From positions 1-58,541 of the forward strand of contig RFGB01000186.1 of the NCBI GenBank assembly GCA_003697125.1: a DNA stretch of 58,541 bases. Direction: 5' to 3'. The DNA is from Alphaproteobacteria bacterium. Its GTDB lineage: Bacteria; Pseudomonadota; Alphaproteobacteria; Rhodobacterales; Rhodobacteraceae. The position numbers and the translations under genes are program-made. Position 1 is the first letter of the stretch; the number at the start of each line of letters is the position of its first letter. Shown one piece after another: positions 48,589-58,541 of the stretch. A model generated the notes under the pieces. That model was not told the origin of the DNA. It saw only the letters and a list, made by a program, of their open reading frames with translations, and made no database searches.

Positions 48589-50078
48589 GCCGCCCCGCGA
48601 CGGTAGAGCGTGGCGCGCGGGGTGAAGGTGGCGTCGGGGTCGAGCGGGAACATCGGCCGCGCGCAGATCCGGTGGCCGAGCCGGGCGATGTCGGCCGAGG
48701 TCGCCCCCGGCGCGTCGATGTTGAAGTTGCGCCGGACCCAGGCGTCATACATGTGGCGTTCCACATGGGGCGACTTGACGACGATCAGGTCGAAGTCGCG
48801 CGGGTTGCAGCCATTGGCGAAGTAGAGCGCGCGATCGAACAGGCTGACGCTGCGCGAGAGCACCACGACGGTCATGCGCTTCCAGCGCAGCACCGCGCAG
48901 GGTCCGGCATCGATCGGGGTGCCCATGGTCTCCAGCCGCGCCCGGCCGTCGGAGATGAGCGCCACCTCGGCCTCGACCGGCATCGGCGTGAAGCGCCCGG
49001 GGTCGATCGCCCCGCCCAGCGTCACCCGGATCCGCGCCCCCACCCCGGCGGCGTGGGCCGCCGCCGCCGCGGCGGGATCGACGATCTGGGCCAGCACCCG
49101 GCCGGGATAGCCGGCCGCGTCCAGCGCCCGCAGGATGGCGTTCGAATCGCCGGTGGCGCCCGAGGACGTGGCGTCGGCGGCGTCGGTGAACACCACCGGG
49201 CCATCCAGCACCCGGGCCTGGGCGATGGCGCGCGGCAGCGGCACCAGCCGCGCCTGCATCCGGTGGCGCAGCGCCCAGAACTCGCCGGCAAGGCGCAGCG
49301 CCTCGTCGCGGGCGACCGCCCCGTCGCCGGCGGTGGTCACCAGGACCTGGCTGCACAGTTCGGGCACGTCGGTGAAGGGATTGCCGATCATCACCGCCGC
49401 GGCCAGCGCGCGGCCCTCGGCCTGCAACCGCCGGCATTCCAGGATCAGGTCGCCATAGCAGCCGGTGGCGGTGATCAGCTCGTCCCCGCGCACCAGCGCC
49501 GGGATCACCACACGCGCGGTGCAGGGGGGCGGTCCGCCCTGCATCAGCCCGATCAGCAGCCGCGCCGCCCTGGCGCCGGTATCGGCGAAATCGACATGGG
49601 GATAGGTGTGATAGACCGCCAGCGCGTCGATCTGGCGCAGCATGCGGTCGGTGCAGATCCCGTGCAGGTCGAGGGAGATGACCAGCGGCCGTTCCGGCCC
49701 CAGCATGCGGCGGATCTCGGCCAGGAGATGGCCCTCGGGGTCGAGTTCGCCCACCGCCGCCATCGCGCCGTGCAGCGAGGCATAGACCGCGTCGGCCTCG
49801 CCGATCCGGGCGGCCACCGCGTCTAGGATCTCGGCCGACAGGCGCCGCCAGCCATCGGCCGACAGGATGCCCGCGCTGCCCGCCCGCGCGGCGATGGCGG
49901 GGATCACCTCGATCCCGGCCGCCTCGAACACCGCCAGCGCTCCGCCGATCTCGGTGTTCAGGCCGCGATGGTCCAGCATCGCCGCGCCATGGGCGATGTC
50001 GAAATTGGCGTATTCCGACGGCAGCGGGTTGAAGGAGGAGACCTCCTGCTTGCAGTCCAGCATCAGGATCCGGGCCAT
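48585..50078 (-). CDS. M81-family metallopeptidase (MlrC-like)
   Basis: MARILMLDCKQEVSSFNPLPSEYANFDI... is the MlrC N-terminal domain signature; 497 aa. Its stop overlaps the downstream ATG (ATGA). Confidence 0.85.
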   Translation of the reverse strand: MARILMLDCKQEVSSFNPLPSEYANFDIAHGAAMLDHRGLNTEIGGALAVFEAAGIEVIPAIAARAGSAGILSADGWRRLSAEILDAVAARIGEADAVYASLHGAMAAVGELDPEGHLLAEIRRMLGPERPLVISLDLHGICTDRMLRQIDALAVYHTYPHVDFADTGARAARLLIGLMQGGPPPCTARVVIPALVRGDELITATGCYGDLILECRRLQAEGRALAAAVMIGNPFTDVPELCSQVLVTTAGDGAVARDEALRLAGEFWALRHRMQARLVPLPRAIAQARVLDGPVVFTDAADATSSGATGDSNAILRALDAAGYPGRVLAQIVDPAAAAAAHAAGVGARIRVTLGGAIDPGRFTPMPVEAEVALISDGRARLETMGTPIDAGPCAVLRWKRMTVVVLSRSVSLFDRALYFANGCNPRDFDLIVVKSPHVERHMYDAWVRRNFNIDAPGATSADIARLGHRICARPMFPLDPDATFTPRATLYRRGAA

Positions 50079-50087
50079 GGCGCGCCC

Positions 50088-51107
50088 TCAGCCCCGATAG
50101 GGGGTCATCACCACGGCGACGGTGTCGCCGCGGGCCACCCGGCCGGGCCCCGCCGACATCCACAGCACGCCGTCGCGGCGGTAATCGACCCTGAGCGGCG
50201 GGCGGTCGACATCCTCGACGAAATGCAGGAAGCCGGCGGGCTCTCCGGCGCGCACCGTCTCGCCGACCAGGTTGCGCGGCTCGAAGGTCCCCGCCGCCGG
50301 GGCGAAGGAACAGCAGTCGCGGTCGGGAACCACCATGTGCCGGGTTCCGGGACTGCCGTCGCGCTGCCGGGTATCGGGCTCGCCCTCGATGATGCCGAGA
50401 TGCCGCATCAGGTTCACCACCCCCCGCCGGGCGATGCGCAACCCCTCGATGCTGACCCGCCCCCAGCCGCCCAGCTCGGTCCCCAGCGACAGGATTCGCC
50501 GCCTCTCGACCGCCGAGGTCAGCGTCGCCCCCTCGTCCACCCCCGAGAAGATGACGTTGTAGGGCGCCCCGAAGGCCGCGGCGGCGGCCATGGTGCGCGC
50601 CATGCGCTCGGGATCGCCCAGATCATGCATGTTCGTCGAGGGTATCGAATCGCCCGAATGGCCGGCGGTGTGCAGGTCCAGCGAGGCATCGACCATCGGC
50701 AGGATGACCGCGTCGAGGTAGTGGGCCAGCATCTCGCTGAAGCTGCCGCGGGGATTTCCCGGGAAGCAGCGGTTCAGGTCGCGCCCGTCGGCCGGCGACA
50801 GCCGGGTGTCGGCCATCACCGCGGGAATGTTGACCGCGGGCAGGATGATGACCCGCCCCTGCACCGCGGCCGGGTCGAGGCCGCGCGCCAGCTCGGACAG
50901 CGCGATCGGCCCCTCGTATTCGTCGCCATGGATGCCCCCGGTCAGCAGCAGCGTCGGCCCCGGCCCGCCGCGGACGACCACCGCCGGAATCTCGACCACC
51001 CCCCAGCCCGAGGTGTTGCGCGACAGCGGCGCGCGCAGATAGCCCGCCTGGCGGCCCGGCGCCTCCCAGTCGATGTCGGTGGTGATGCGGCTGGGGGCGG
51101 CGGCCAT
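50088..51107 (-). CDS. Succinylglutamate desuccinylase/aspartoacylase-family deacylase (DoeB-like)
   Basis: MAAAPSRITTDIDWEAPGRQAGYLRAPLSRN...LLTGGIHGDEYEGPIAL...GRDLNRCFPG...DLHTAGH are zinc-deacylase AstE/AspA motifs. The internal ATG was chosen. Confidence 0.85.
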   Translation of the reverse strand: MAAAPSRITTDIDWEAPGRQAGYLRAPLSRNTSGWGVVEIPAVVVRGGPGPTLLLTGGIHGDEYEGPIALSELARGLDPAAVQGRVIILPAVNIPAVMADTRLSPADGRDLNRCFPGNPRGSFSEMLAHYLDAVILPMVDASLDLHTAGHSGDSIPSTNMHDLGDPERMARTMAAAAAFGAPYNVIFSGVDEGATLTSAVERRRILSLGTELGGWGRVSIEGLRIARRGVVNLMRHLGIIEGEPDTRQRDGSPGTRHMVVPDRDCCSFAPAAGTFEPRNLVGETVRAGEPAGFLHFVEDVDRPPLRVDYRRDGVLWMSAGPGRVARGDTVAVVMTPYRG

Positions 51108-51177
51108 GATGCGCTCCACTCTTGCGTGGATCGTATGATTGTATACTATTCCATGCAGTGTCAAGCGGAGGCTCCGG

Positions 51178-52350
51178 ATGAGCATCTCCCCGTCAGGCCG
51201 CGAGCCGGTCCGCATCACCCGCATCGCCACCGCCGCGCTGATGGGTCACAGCCCGCCCGGCGGCTGGTCGGCAGAGATCCGCCCCGAGGATTCCATCCAC
51301 ACCCTGATCGCGGTGCACACCGATGCCGGCGTCACCGGATTCGGCAGCGCCTTCGCCCCCGGGCCGCTGGTCGCCGCGGCGGTGGCGCAGCTGCAGCCGC
51401 TGTGCCTGGGCATGGACGCGCTGCAGCCCGAGCGGGTCAGCGAGACGCTGCATCGCCACAGCTTCTGGTTCGGCCGGGGCGGGACGCTGACCCATGCCAT
51501 CAGCGGAATCGACATCGCGCTGTGGGACATCCTGGGCCGGGTCACCGGGCTGCCGGCCTGCATCCTGCTGGGCGGCCGCTACCGCGACCGGGTGCGGCCC
51601 TATTGCAGCCTGCTGATGACCGGCCCCGACCGGATGGGCGAGCGGATCGCCCGATGGCGCGCCCGCGGCTTCCGCGCCTTCAAGATCGGCTGGGGGCCGT
51701 TCGGCCGCGCCGGCGATTCCCGGCTGGACGAGGCGATCGTGCGCGCGGCGGTCGACGCGCTGCCCGGGGGCGGGCAGCTGATGGTCGATGCCGGCGCCTC
51801 CGACGCCTTCTGGCCGCACGGCCTGAAATGGGCCCTGCGCACCGCCGACATGCTGGCCGAACACGGGGTGGCCTGGTTCGAGGAACCGCTGCCGCCCGAC
51901 GCGCTGGAGGACTATGTCACCCTGCGCCGCGCCGCGCGGCTGCCCATTGCCGGTGGCGAGGTGCTCACCCGGCGGCAGTCCTTCCTGCCCTTCATCACCC
52001 GCGGCGCCCTCGACATCGTCCAGCCCGACGCGACCAAGGTCGGCGGGCTGTCCGAACAGCGGCGCATCGCGCGCATGGCCGAGGATTTCGGCCTCGCCTA
52101 TGTCGGCCATGGCTGGAACACCGCGCTGGGACTGGCGGCCGACCTGCATCTGGCCGCCGCGCTGCCGGGGGTCGGGCTGGTGGAATACATCGGCGGATCT
52201 CCCTATGTCGATGCGCTGACCGCCGAGCCCTTCGCGCTGGATGGCGACGGGATGCTGGCGGTTCCCGACCGGCCCGGCCTGGGGGTCGCCCCCGACCCCG
52301 ACCATGTCGCGCGCCTGTCCCCCGACGCCGCGGCCCTGTTCGCGGACTGA
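51178..52350 (+). CDS. Enolase-superfamily enzyme (mandelate racemase / muconate lactonizing family), second copy
   Basis: MSISPSGREPVRITRI...ISGIDIALWDILGR...MVDAG...FEEP...GGE...IVQPDATKVGG...GHGW. A GGAGG RBS lies 6 nt upstream of the ATG at 51178. Confidence 0.85.
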   Translation: MSISPSGREPVRITRIATAALMGHSPPGGWSAEIRPEDSIHTLIAVHTDAGVTGFGSAFAPGPLVAAAVAQLQPLCLGMDALQPERVSETLHRHSFWFGRGGTLTHAISGIDIALWDILGRVTGLPACILLGGRYRDRVRPYCSLLMTGPDRMGERIARWRARGFRAFKIGWGPFGRAGDSRLDEAIVRAAVDALPGGGQLMVDAGASDAFWPHGLKWALRTADMLAEHGVAWFEEPLPPDALEDYVTLRRAARLPIAGGEVLTRRQSFLPFITRGALDIVQPDATKVGGLSEQRRIARMAEDFGLAYVGHGWNTALGLAADLHLAAALPGVGLVEYIGGSPYVDALTAEPFALDGDGMLAVPDRPGLGVAPDPDHVARLSPDAAALFAD

Positions 52351-52397
52351 CGCGAAAACGCTTGCCCGCCCCCGCGCCGCGGTCCAGCCTGCGCGCC

Positions 52398-53273
52398 ATG
52401 GAGAGTCGTTTCGTCACCATCGCCGGAGAGCGGTTCCACATCCGCCTGGCCGGGCCCGAAGGGGCGCCGCCGGTGCTGCTGCTGCACGGTTTTCCGGAAT
52501 ATTCCGGCGCCTGGGAGGAGGTGGCCGCCCGGCTCGCCCCGCGCCTGCGCGTCATCGCCCCCGACCAGCGCGGCTATGGCCGCAGCCCGGCCCCGCCCGA
52601 GGTCGCCGCCTATGCGCTGCGCCGGCTGGTGGCCGACATGGCCGGGCTGATCGCCCGGATCGGCGCCCCGGTCACCGTGGTCGGCCATGACTGGGGCGCC
52701 TCGGTCGCCTATGGGCTGGCCATCTTCCGGCCCGAGCTGGTGGCCCGGCTGGTGATCCTGAACGGGGTGCACCCGATCCCCTTCCAGCGGGCGCTGGCCG
52801 CGGGCGGAGCCCAGACCCGCGCCAGCCAGTACATCCTGAAGCTGCGCGAGGAGGGGATCGAGGCGCGCCTCGCCGCCGACGGCTTCGCGCGGCTGCTGCG
52901 CGCCTTCTCGGCGCAGATGGACATGGGCTGGCTGACACCAGGCCGGCTCGCGCGCTACCGCGCCGAATGGGCCCGCCCCGGCAGGCTGACCGGCATGCTC
53001 AACTGGTATCGCGCCTCGCCCCTGGTGGTTCCGCCGCCGGGCCGGGCGCTGGCCGACCCGCCCCGGCTCGACCCCGCGGCGCTCAGGGTGCGGGTGCCGC
53101 ATCTGCTGATCTGGGGGCGAGAGGACACCGCCCTTCTGCCCGAGGCCACCGAGGGGCTGGAGGCGCTGTGCGACGATCTGACCCGGATCACCCTGCCGGG
53201 CTGCGATCACTGGCTGCACCACCAGAAGCCCGACGAGGTGGCGCGGCTGATCGCGGAATTCGCCGGCGCCTGA
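52398..53273 (+). CDS. Alpha/beta hydrolase, epoxide-hydrolase/haloacetate-dehalogenase-like
   Basis: Last 291 aa of the artefactual 1101-aa ORF: LLLHGFPEYSGAW (HGFP oxyanion motif), VGHDWGA (Asp nucleophile), CDHWLHH (His). Confidence 0.85.
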   Translation: MESRFVTIAGERFHIRLAGPEGAPPVLLLHGFPEYSGAWEEVAARLAPRLRVIAPDQRGYGRSPAPPEVAAYALRRLVADMAGLIARIGAPVTVVGHDWGASVAYGLAIFRPELVARLVILNGVHPIPFQRALAAGGAQTRASQYILKLREEGIEARLAADGFARLLRAFSAQMDMGWLTPGRLARYRAEWARPGRLTGMLNWYRASPLVVPPPGRALADPPRLDPAALRVRVPHLLIWGREDTALLPEATEGLEALCDDLTRITLPGCDHWLHHQKPDEVARLIAEFAGA

Positions 53274-53374
53274 CCGGCGCGACCGCCCGGCCCCGGTCCT
53301 GCAACCCTGCGTTGGTGGACTGCGGACGCGCCGCGATGATATGATCCCGGCATATGTCTATTCGGAGAGTATGC

Positions 53375-54049
53375 ATGAAGTCCCTTGTTGTTGCGTCGGC
53401 CGTTGTCGCTTCGGCTGTCGCCTTCGGCCTGTCGGCCGTTCCCGCCGCCGCCGTCACCCTTGTCGACTTCACCGACCGCACGATCTGGTCGGGATCGGGG
53501 GCAGCGGCGACATCGTTTCACGATTACGGCGCCTTCTCGGTCAGCGTCACCAGCAACCCGGCCGGCCGGCTGAACTTCACCCAGAACTATGACGGCCCGG
53601 CGGGGGCATCCTTCTGCGGCGCGGGCGGGCTGGCCTGCATCTCGGACGGCCTCGGCATCACCGATGACGAGATCGGCGGGACCGAATCCGCGACGCTGAC
53701 ATTCTCGCGCGCGGTGACGGTCAGCGGGCTGCACTTCCTCGATCTCTTCGTGGCCCGGAACCAGTCCAGCCGCGAGACCGCCAAGGTCTCGGTCAATGGC
53801 GGATCCTGGCAAAGCTTCGCCGCCGTGAATACCGGCAATGGCGGCTATCTGTTCGAGGCGGTCAACTGGACCAATGTGACCAGCCTCGCCGTCGCCTATC
53901 AGATCGGCAATGACAGCTCCGGGATGGGCGACTATGCGCTTGCCGCGGTGGAGGTCACGCCGGTCCCGGTTCCCGCCGCGGGGCTGCTGATGATCACCGG
54001 CCTGGGCGGGCTGGGCCTGATCGCGCGCCGGCGCCGGAAGCCGGCCTGA
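53375..54049 (+). CDS. Secreted hypothetical protein with VPLPA/PEP-CTERM-like C-terminal sorting signal
   Basis: Signal peptide MKSLVVASAVVASAVAFGLSAVPAAA, an unrecognised ~170-aa domain, then the tail VTPVPVPAAGLLMITGLGGLGLIARRRRKPA (Pro-motif, TM helix, Arg cluster). Confidence 0.75.
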   Translation: MKSLVVASAVVASAVAFGLSAVPAAAVTLVDFTDRTIWSGSGAAATSFHDYGAFSVSVTSNPAGRLNFTQNYDGPAGASFCGAGGLACISDGLGITDDEIGGTESATLTFSRAVTVSGLHFLDLFVARNQSSRETAKVSVNGGSWQSFAAVNTGNGGYLFEAVNWTNVTSLAVAYQIGNDSSGMGDYALAAVEVTPVPVPAAGLLMITGLGGLGLIARRRRKPA

Positions 54050-54116
54050 CCCGGCCGCCCCGGCCGGGGCGCGCCCCCGCGGCCCGCGTCGCGACCCGGA
54101 TGCGGCAAAGCCGATG

Positions 54117-54153
54117 CATCCCCATGGCCAAGCTGCCGTGGGGATGTTTTATT
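54117..54153 (+). terminator. Rho-independent terminator
   Basis: Stem CATCCCCA (54117-24) / TGGGGATG (54139-46) with an inner GGC/GCC extension, followed by TTTTATT. It lies 68 nt after the CTERM-protein stop. Confidence 0.7.
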
Positions 54154-54193
54154 GTGCCCGCGGGCAGGCAAGGGATTCGGGAATACCGGACGC

Positions 54194-56187
<1,994 letters not shown>

Positions 56188-56188
<1 letters not shown>

Positions 56189-56823
56189 TGGACGCACCCC
56201 GCCCCCCGTTCGCGCCCATGCGCGCCGGCGGCGCGCCGGGGCGCCGGCTGGCGGCGCTGCGCCATCCGCACCTGAACCGCGTGGCGCTGATCTTCGCCCC
56301 CGCGGCGCTGGCCGGGCTGGGCCTTGGCGCCTGGATCGCCGAGGGGGACGTCGTCACCGCCCTGGCCGCCTTCGCCTATGGCCTGCTGTGGTGGAGCCTG
56401 ATCGAATATCTGCTGCACCGCCACCTGCTGCACTGGGCGCCCGCCGGCCCCCGCGGCCGGGCGATCCGGCGGCTGTTGCCCGGACATCTCGGCCATCATG
56501 CACAGCCGCAGGACCCCGACGAAGTGGTCTCGCGCAAGCATCTGTTCGCATTGCCCCTGGGGCTGCTCGCCCTGGCGGGCATGCGGGCGGTGGGCTTCTC
56601 CTGGGGCTGGAGCGTTGCGGCGCTGGGCGGCGGCGCGATGGGCTACGCGCTCTATGAATACCTCCATTTCGCCTGCCATCAGCTGCCGATGGCCTCGCGC
56701 CTCGGCCGCCGGCTGACCCGGCACCACGCCATCCACCATTTCCGCGACGAGACGGTGAATTTCGGCGTCACCTCGCCACTGTGGGATCATGTCTTCGGAA
56801 CCGTCTGGCGCGGGCCGCGCTGA
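56188..56823 (+). CDS. Fatty acid hydroxylase / sterol desaturase superfamily membrane protein
   Basis: Three His boxes are present: HRHLLH, HLGHH and HHAIHH. The ATG shares one base with the parE TGA (TGATG). Confidence 0.75.
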
Positions 56824-56881
56824 GCGGCGCGCGCTTGCGCCCCTGCCGGGCGTCCGGGCAGGCCGAGGATCGCGGGCGGGC

Positions 56882-56955
56882 TGGAGGCGACGACCGGATT
56901 CGAACCGGTGTACACGGATTTGCAATCCGCTGCGTAACCACTCCGCCACGTCGCC
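56882..56955 (-). tRNA. tRNA-Cys (anticodon GCA)
   Basis: The reverse complement is GGCGACGUGGCGGAGUGGUUACGCAGCGGAUUGCAAAUCCGUGUACACCGGUUCGAAUCCGGUCGUCGCCUCCA. Acceptor GGCGACG/CGUCGCC, anticodon loop UUGCAAA, T-loop UUCGAAU; 74 nt with CCA. Confidence 0.92.
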
Positions 56956-57072
56956 GCCTGCCCCGCGGCTCATAGCACCCGGCCGGATGCGGCGCAAGCA
57001 TGGGCCGCCTTGCCGATTGCCCGCCCGTCCCGCTTGTGGCAAGACCGGCAGCGTTCAGCCGCGAGGATGCCG

Positions 57073-57729
57073 ATGACCGACTTCGAAGCCGCCCGCACCG
57101 CGATGGTCGACTCCCAGGTCCGCCCCTCGGATGTGACGCTCTATCCGATCATCGCGGCGATGCTGGAGGTCCCGCGCGAACTCTTCGTGCCCGCCGCGCT
57201 GCGCCCTGTCGCCTATGCGGGCACCGAACTGCCGCTGGCCCCGGGGCGGGTGCTGCTCGACCCGCGGACCATGGCCAAGATGCTGGATGCGCTGAATCCC
57301 GGGCCCGAGGAGCTCGTGCTCGATATCGCGCCCGGGCTGGGCTACTCCTCGGCGCTGCTCGCGCGGCTGGCCGCCGCGGTGGTGGCGGTGGAGGAGGATG
57401 CCGCGCTTGCGCGCGACGCCGCCTCGGCCCTGGCCGCCGCCGGCGTGGCCGACACGGTGATCATGCGCAACGCGCCGCATGCCGGCGGGTCGCCCGAACA
57501 TGCCCCCTTCGACGCCATGTTCATCAATGGCGGCATCGAACAGCTGCCCGCGGCTCTGATCGACCAGATCAAGCCGGGCGGGCGCTGCGTGGCGATCTTC
57601 ATGTCGGGCAGCATGGGACGCTGCGGGCTGGGCATCCGCACCGCCGCCGGAATGGCCTGGCGCACGGTGTTCGACGCGACCGCCCCGGTGCTTTCCGGCT
57701 TTGAAACCGAGGAAAAATTCGTATTTTAG
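57073..57729 (+). CDS. pcm: Protein-L-isoaspartate O-methyltransferase family protein
   Basis: MTDFEAARTAMVDSQVRPSDV...VLDIAPGLGYSSALLARL (SAM motif I). The start could also be the ATG at 57067. pcm-tolC synteny is common in alphaproteobacteria. Confidence 0.82.
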   Translation: MTDFEAARTAMVDSQVRPSDVTLYPIIAAMLEVPRELFVPAALRPVAYAGTELPLAPGRVLLDPRTMAKMLDALNPGPEELVLDIAPGLGYSSALLARLAAAVVAVEEDAALARDAASALAAAGVADTVIMRNAPHAGGSPEHAPFDAMFINGGIEQLPAALIDQIKPGGRCVAIFMSGSMGRCGLGIRTAAGMAWRTVFDATAPVLSGFETEEKFVF

Positions 57730-57789
57730 GGCGGGAAGCTCATTGACGGCCGCAAGTCCGCTTCCCTTGCGGCGCAGCGGGAGACGGCC

Positions 57790-58541
57790 ATGAGGAACCA
57801 TGCGATCTGCGTGCGGGGCGTCCTGGGGCTCATGGCGGCGGGGATCGGGGCGGCGGCGCTGTGGGCCCTGCCGGCCGGATCCGCCCGCGCCCAGACCCTG
57901 GCCGATGCGCTGGTCGCGGCCTATCAGACCAATCCGACGCTTCAGATCGGCCGTGCCCAGCTGAAACAGGCCGATGAACGGGTGGCGCAGGCGCGTTCGG
58001 AGCTTCTGCCCGACGTCACCGCCACCGTGACGGGCACGGTCAGTTCGGACGGGGCGGCCGAAACCTTCCGCAACGCCGATCGCGACTTCCGCCCCGATGC
58101 CTCGGTGGATGCGCGAATCACCGGCACGGTCACGCTGTGGTCGGGCGGGCGAAACCCCGCCAACATCGCCTCGGCCATCGCCAGCGTGATGGCGGCACGC
58201 GCAAGGCTGACCAGCATCGAGCAGGACGTGCTGCTGGGCGCGGTGACCGCCTTCATGGATGTGCGGCGCGACCTGCAGTTCGTGACGCTGGCGCGCAACA
58301 ATGTCCGGGTCAATGGCGAGCTGCTGCGCGCCACGCGCGACCGGTTCGAGGTGGGCGAGGTCACCCGGACCGATGTCAGCCAGGCCGAGGCCGCGCTGGC
58401 CGCCGCGCGGGCGAATCTGGCCCAGAACACCGGCGCGCTGGCCCAGTCGCGGGCGCGGTTCCTCTCGGTGGTGGGGCTGGAGGCGAAGGATCTCGCCCCG
58501 CCGCCCCCCGCCCCCGACCTGCCCGGCACGCTGGCCGAGGC
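57790..58541 (+). CDS. tolC: TolC-family outer membrane protein (N-terminal part; continues beyond the window end)
   Basis: Not in the ORF track because no stop falls in the window. The ATG at 57790 gives MRNHAICVRGVLGLMAAGIGAAALWALPAGSARAQTLADALVAAYQTNPTLQIGRAQLKQADERVAQARSELLP..., a signal peptide plus the TolC repeat pattern. Confidence 0.85.
   Translation, partial: MRNHAICVRGVLGLMAAGIGAAALWALPAGSARAQTLADALVAAYQTNPTLQIGRAQLKQADERVAQARSELLPDVTATVTGTVSSDGAAETFRNADRDFRPDASVDARITGTVTLWSGGRNPANIASAIASVMAARARLTSIEQDVLLGAVTAFMDVRRDLQFVTLARNNVRVNGELLRATRDRFEVGEVTRTDVSQAEAALAAARANLAQNTGALAQSRARFLSVVGLEAKDLAPPPPAPDLPGTLAE

Noticed and set aside
51108-51177. AT-rich stretch with GTATAC palindrome and GTAT repeats (ATTGTATACTAT, 51138-51149) between the deacylase and the second enolase-family gene
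   Set aside because: It could be an operator, but it is also just what divergent -10 regions (TATACT) look like. No cognate regulator is adjacent, so it is not called as a feature.
49968-53273. 1101-aa plus-strand ORF
   Set aside because: Only the C-terminal 291 aa (alpha/beta hydrolase from the ATG at 52398) look real. The upstream part overlaps the MlrC, deacylase and enolase-family genes in other frames or on the other strand.
57733-57766. Hairpin GGGAAGC ... GCTTCCC after pcm as a terminator
   Set aside because: The loop is 20 nt and there is essentially no U-tract (TT only). This is too weak to call, and pcm and tolC may be co-transcribed.

Overview
This is a very GC-rich, almost gap-free chromosomal segment with alphaproteobacterial, Rhodobacterales-like hallmarks: gcrA, chpT, CtrA-type boxes, olsBA, TRAP and ABC importers, and a VPLPA/PEP-CTERM-like tail. 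I call 61 CDS (two cut by the window edges), 2 tRNAs (Pro-UGG, Cys-GCA) and a few candidate regulatory sites. I saw no rRNA, CRISPR array, transposase or integrase. Positions 1-24 kb are mostly housekeeping and cell-cycle genes (gcrA, olsBA, DUF3553, chpT, gmk, yicC, serB, class II DAHP synthase, pdxH, fabI, gpt), plus a phosphodiesterase-TRAP operon and a Dpp-type ABC importer. Positions 24-45 kb form a catabolic block. It holds stand-alone pcaHG and an 11-gene operon that embeds ATP-dependent hydantoinase HyuAB, an N-carbamoylsarcosine-amidase-like cysteine hydrolase, two SDRs and an OYE flavoenzyme in a PotABCD-type importer, controlled by a tandem-wHTH GntR regulator. The most interesting item sits next to it: a six-gene operon encoding all parts of a urea-carboxylase-like biotin enzyme as separate polypeptides (LamB/PxpA, 78-aa BCCP, biotin carboxylase, PxpB/KipI, PxpC/KipA), ending in an export-signal-less paralog of the island's periplasmic binding protein. 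Its substrate is unknown. Positions 45-53 kb hold a LysR gene and an unusual mix of a cytoplasmic sulfatase, two enolase-superfamily enzymes, an MlrC-type peptidase, a DoeB/AstE-like deacylase and an epoxide-hydrolase-like protein. The right edge returns to core genes (parE, tRNA-Cys, pcm, tolC) after an orphan CTERM-sorted secreted protein. Many long ORFs in the supplied track are GC-driven shadow frames or spurious N-terminal extensions, and I rejected them. Starts were chosen by manual codon counting, recalled family signatures and RBS inspection. Nothing was computed or searched, so family calls are much firmer than exact start sites or specific substrates.
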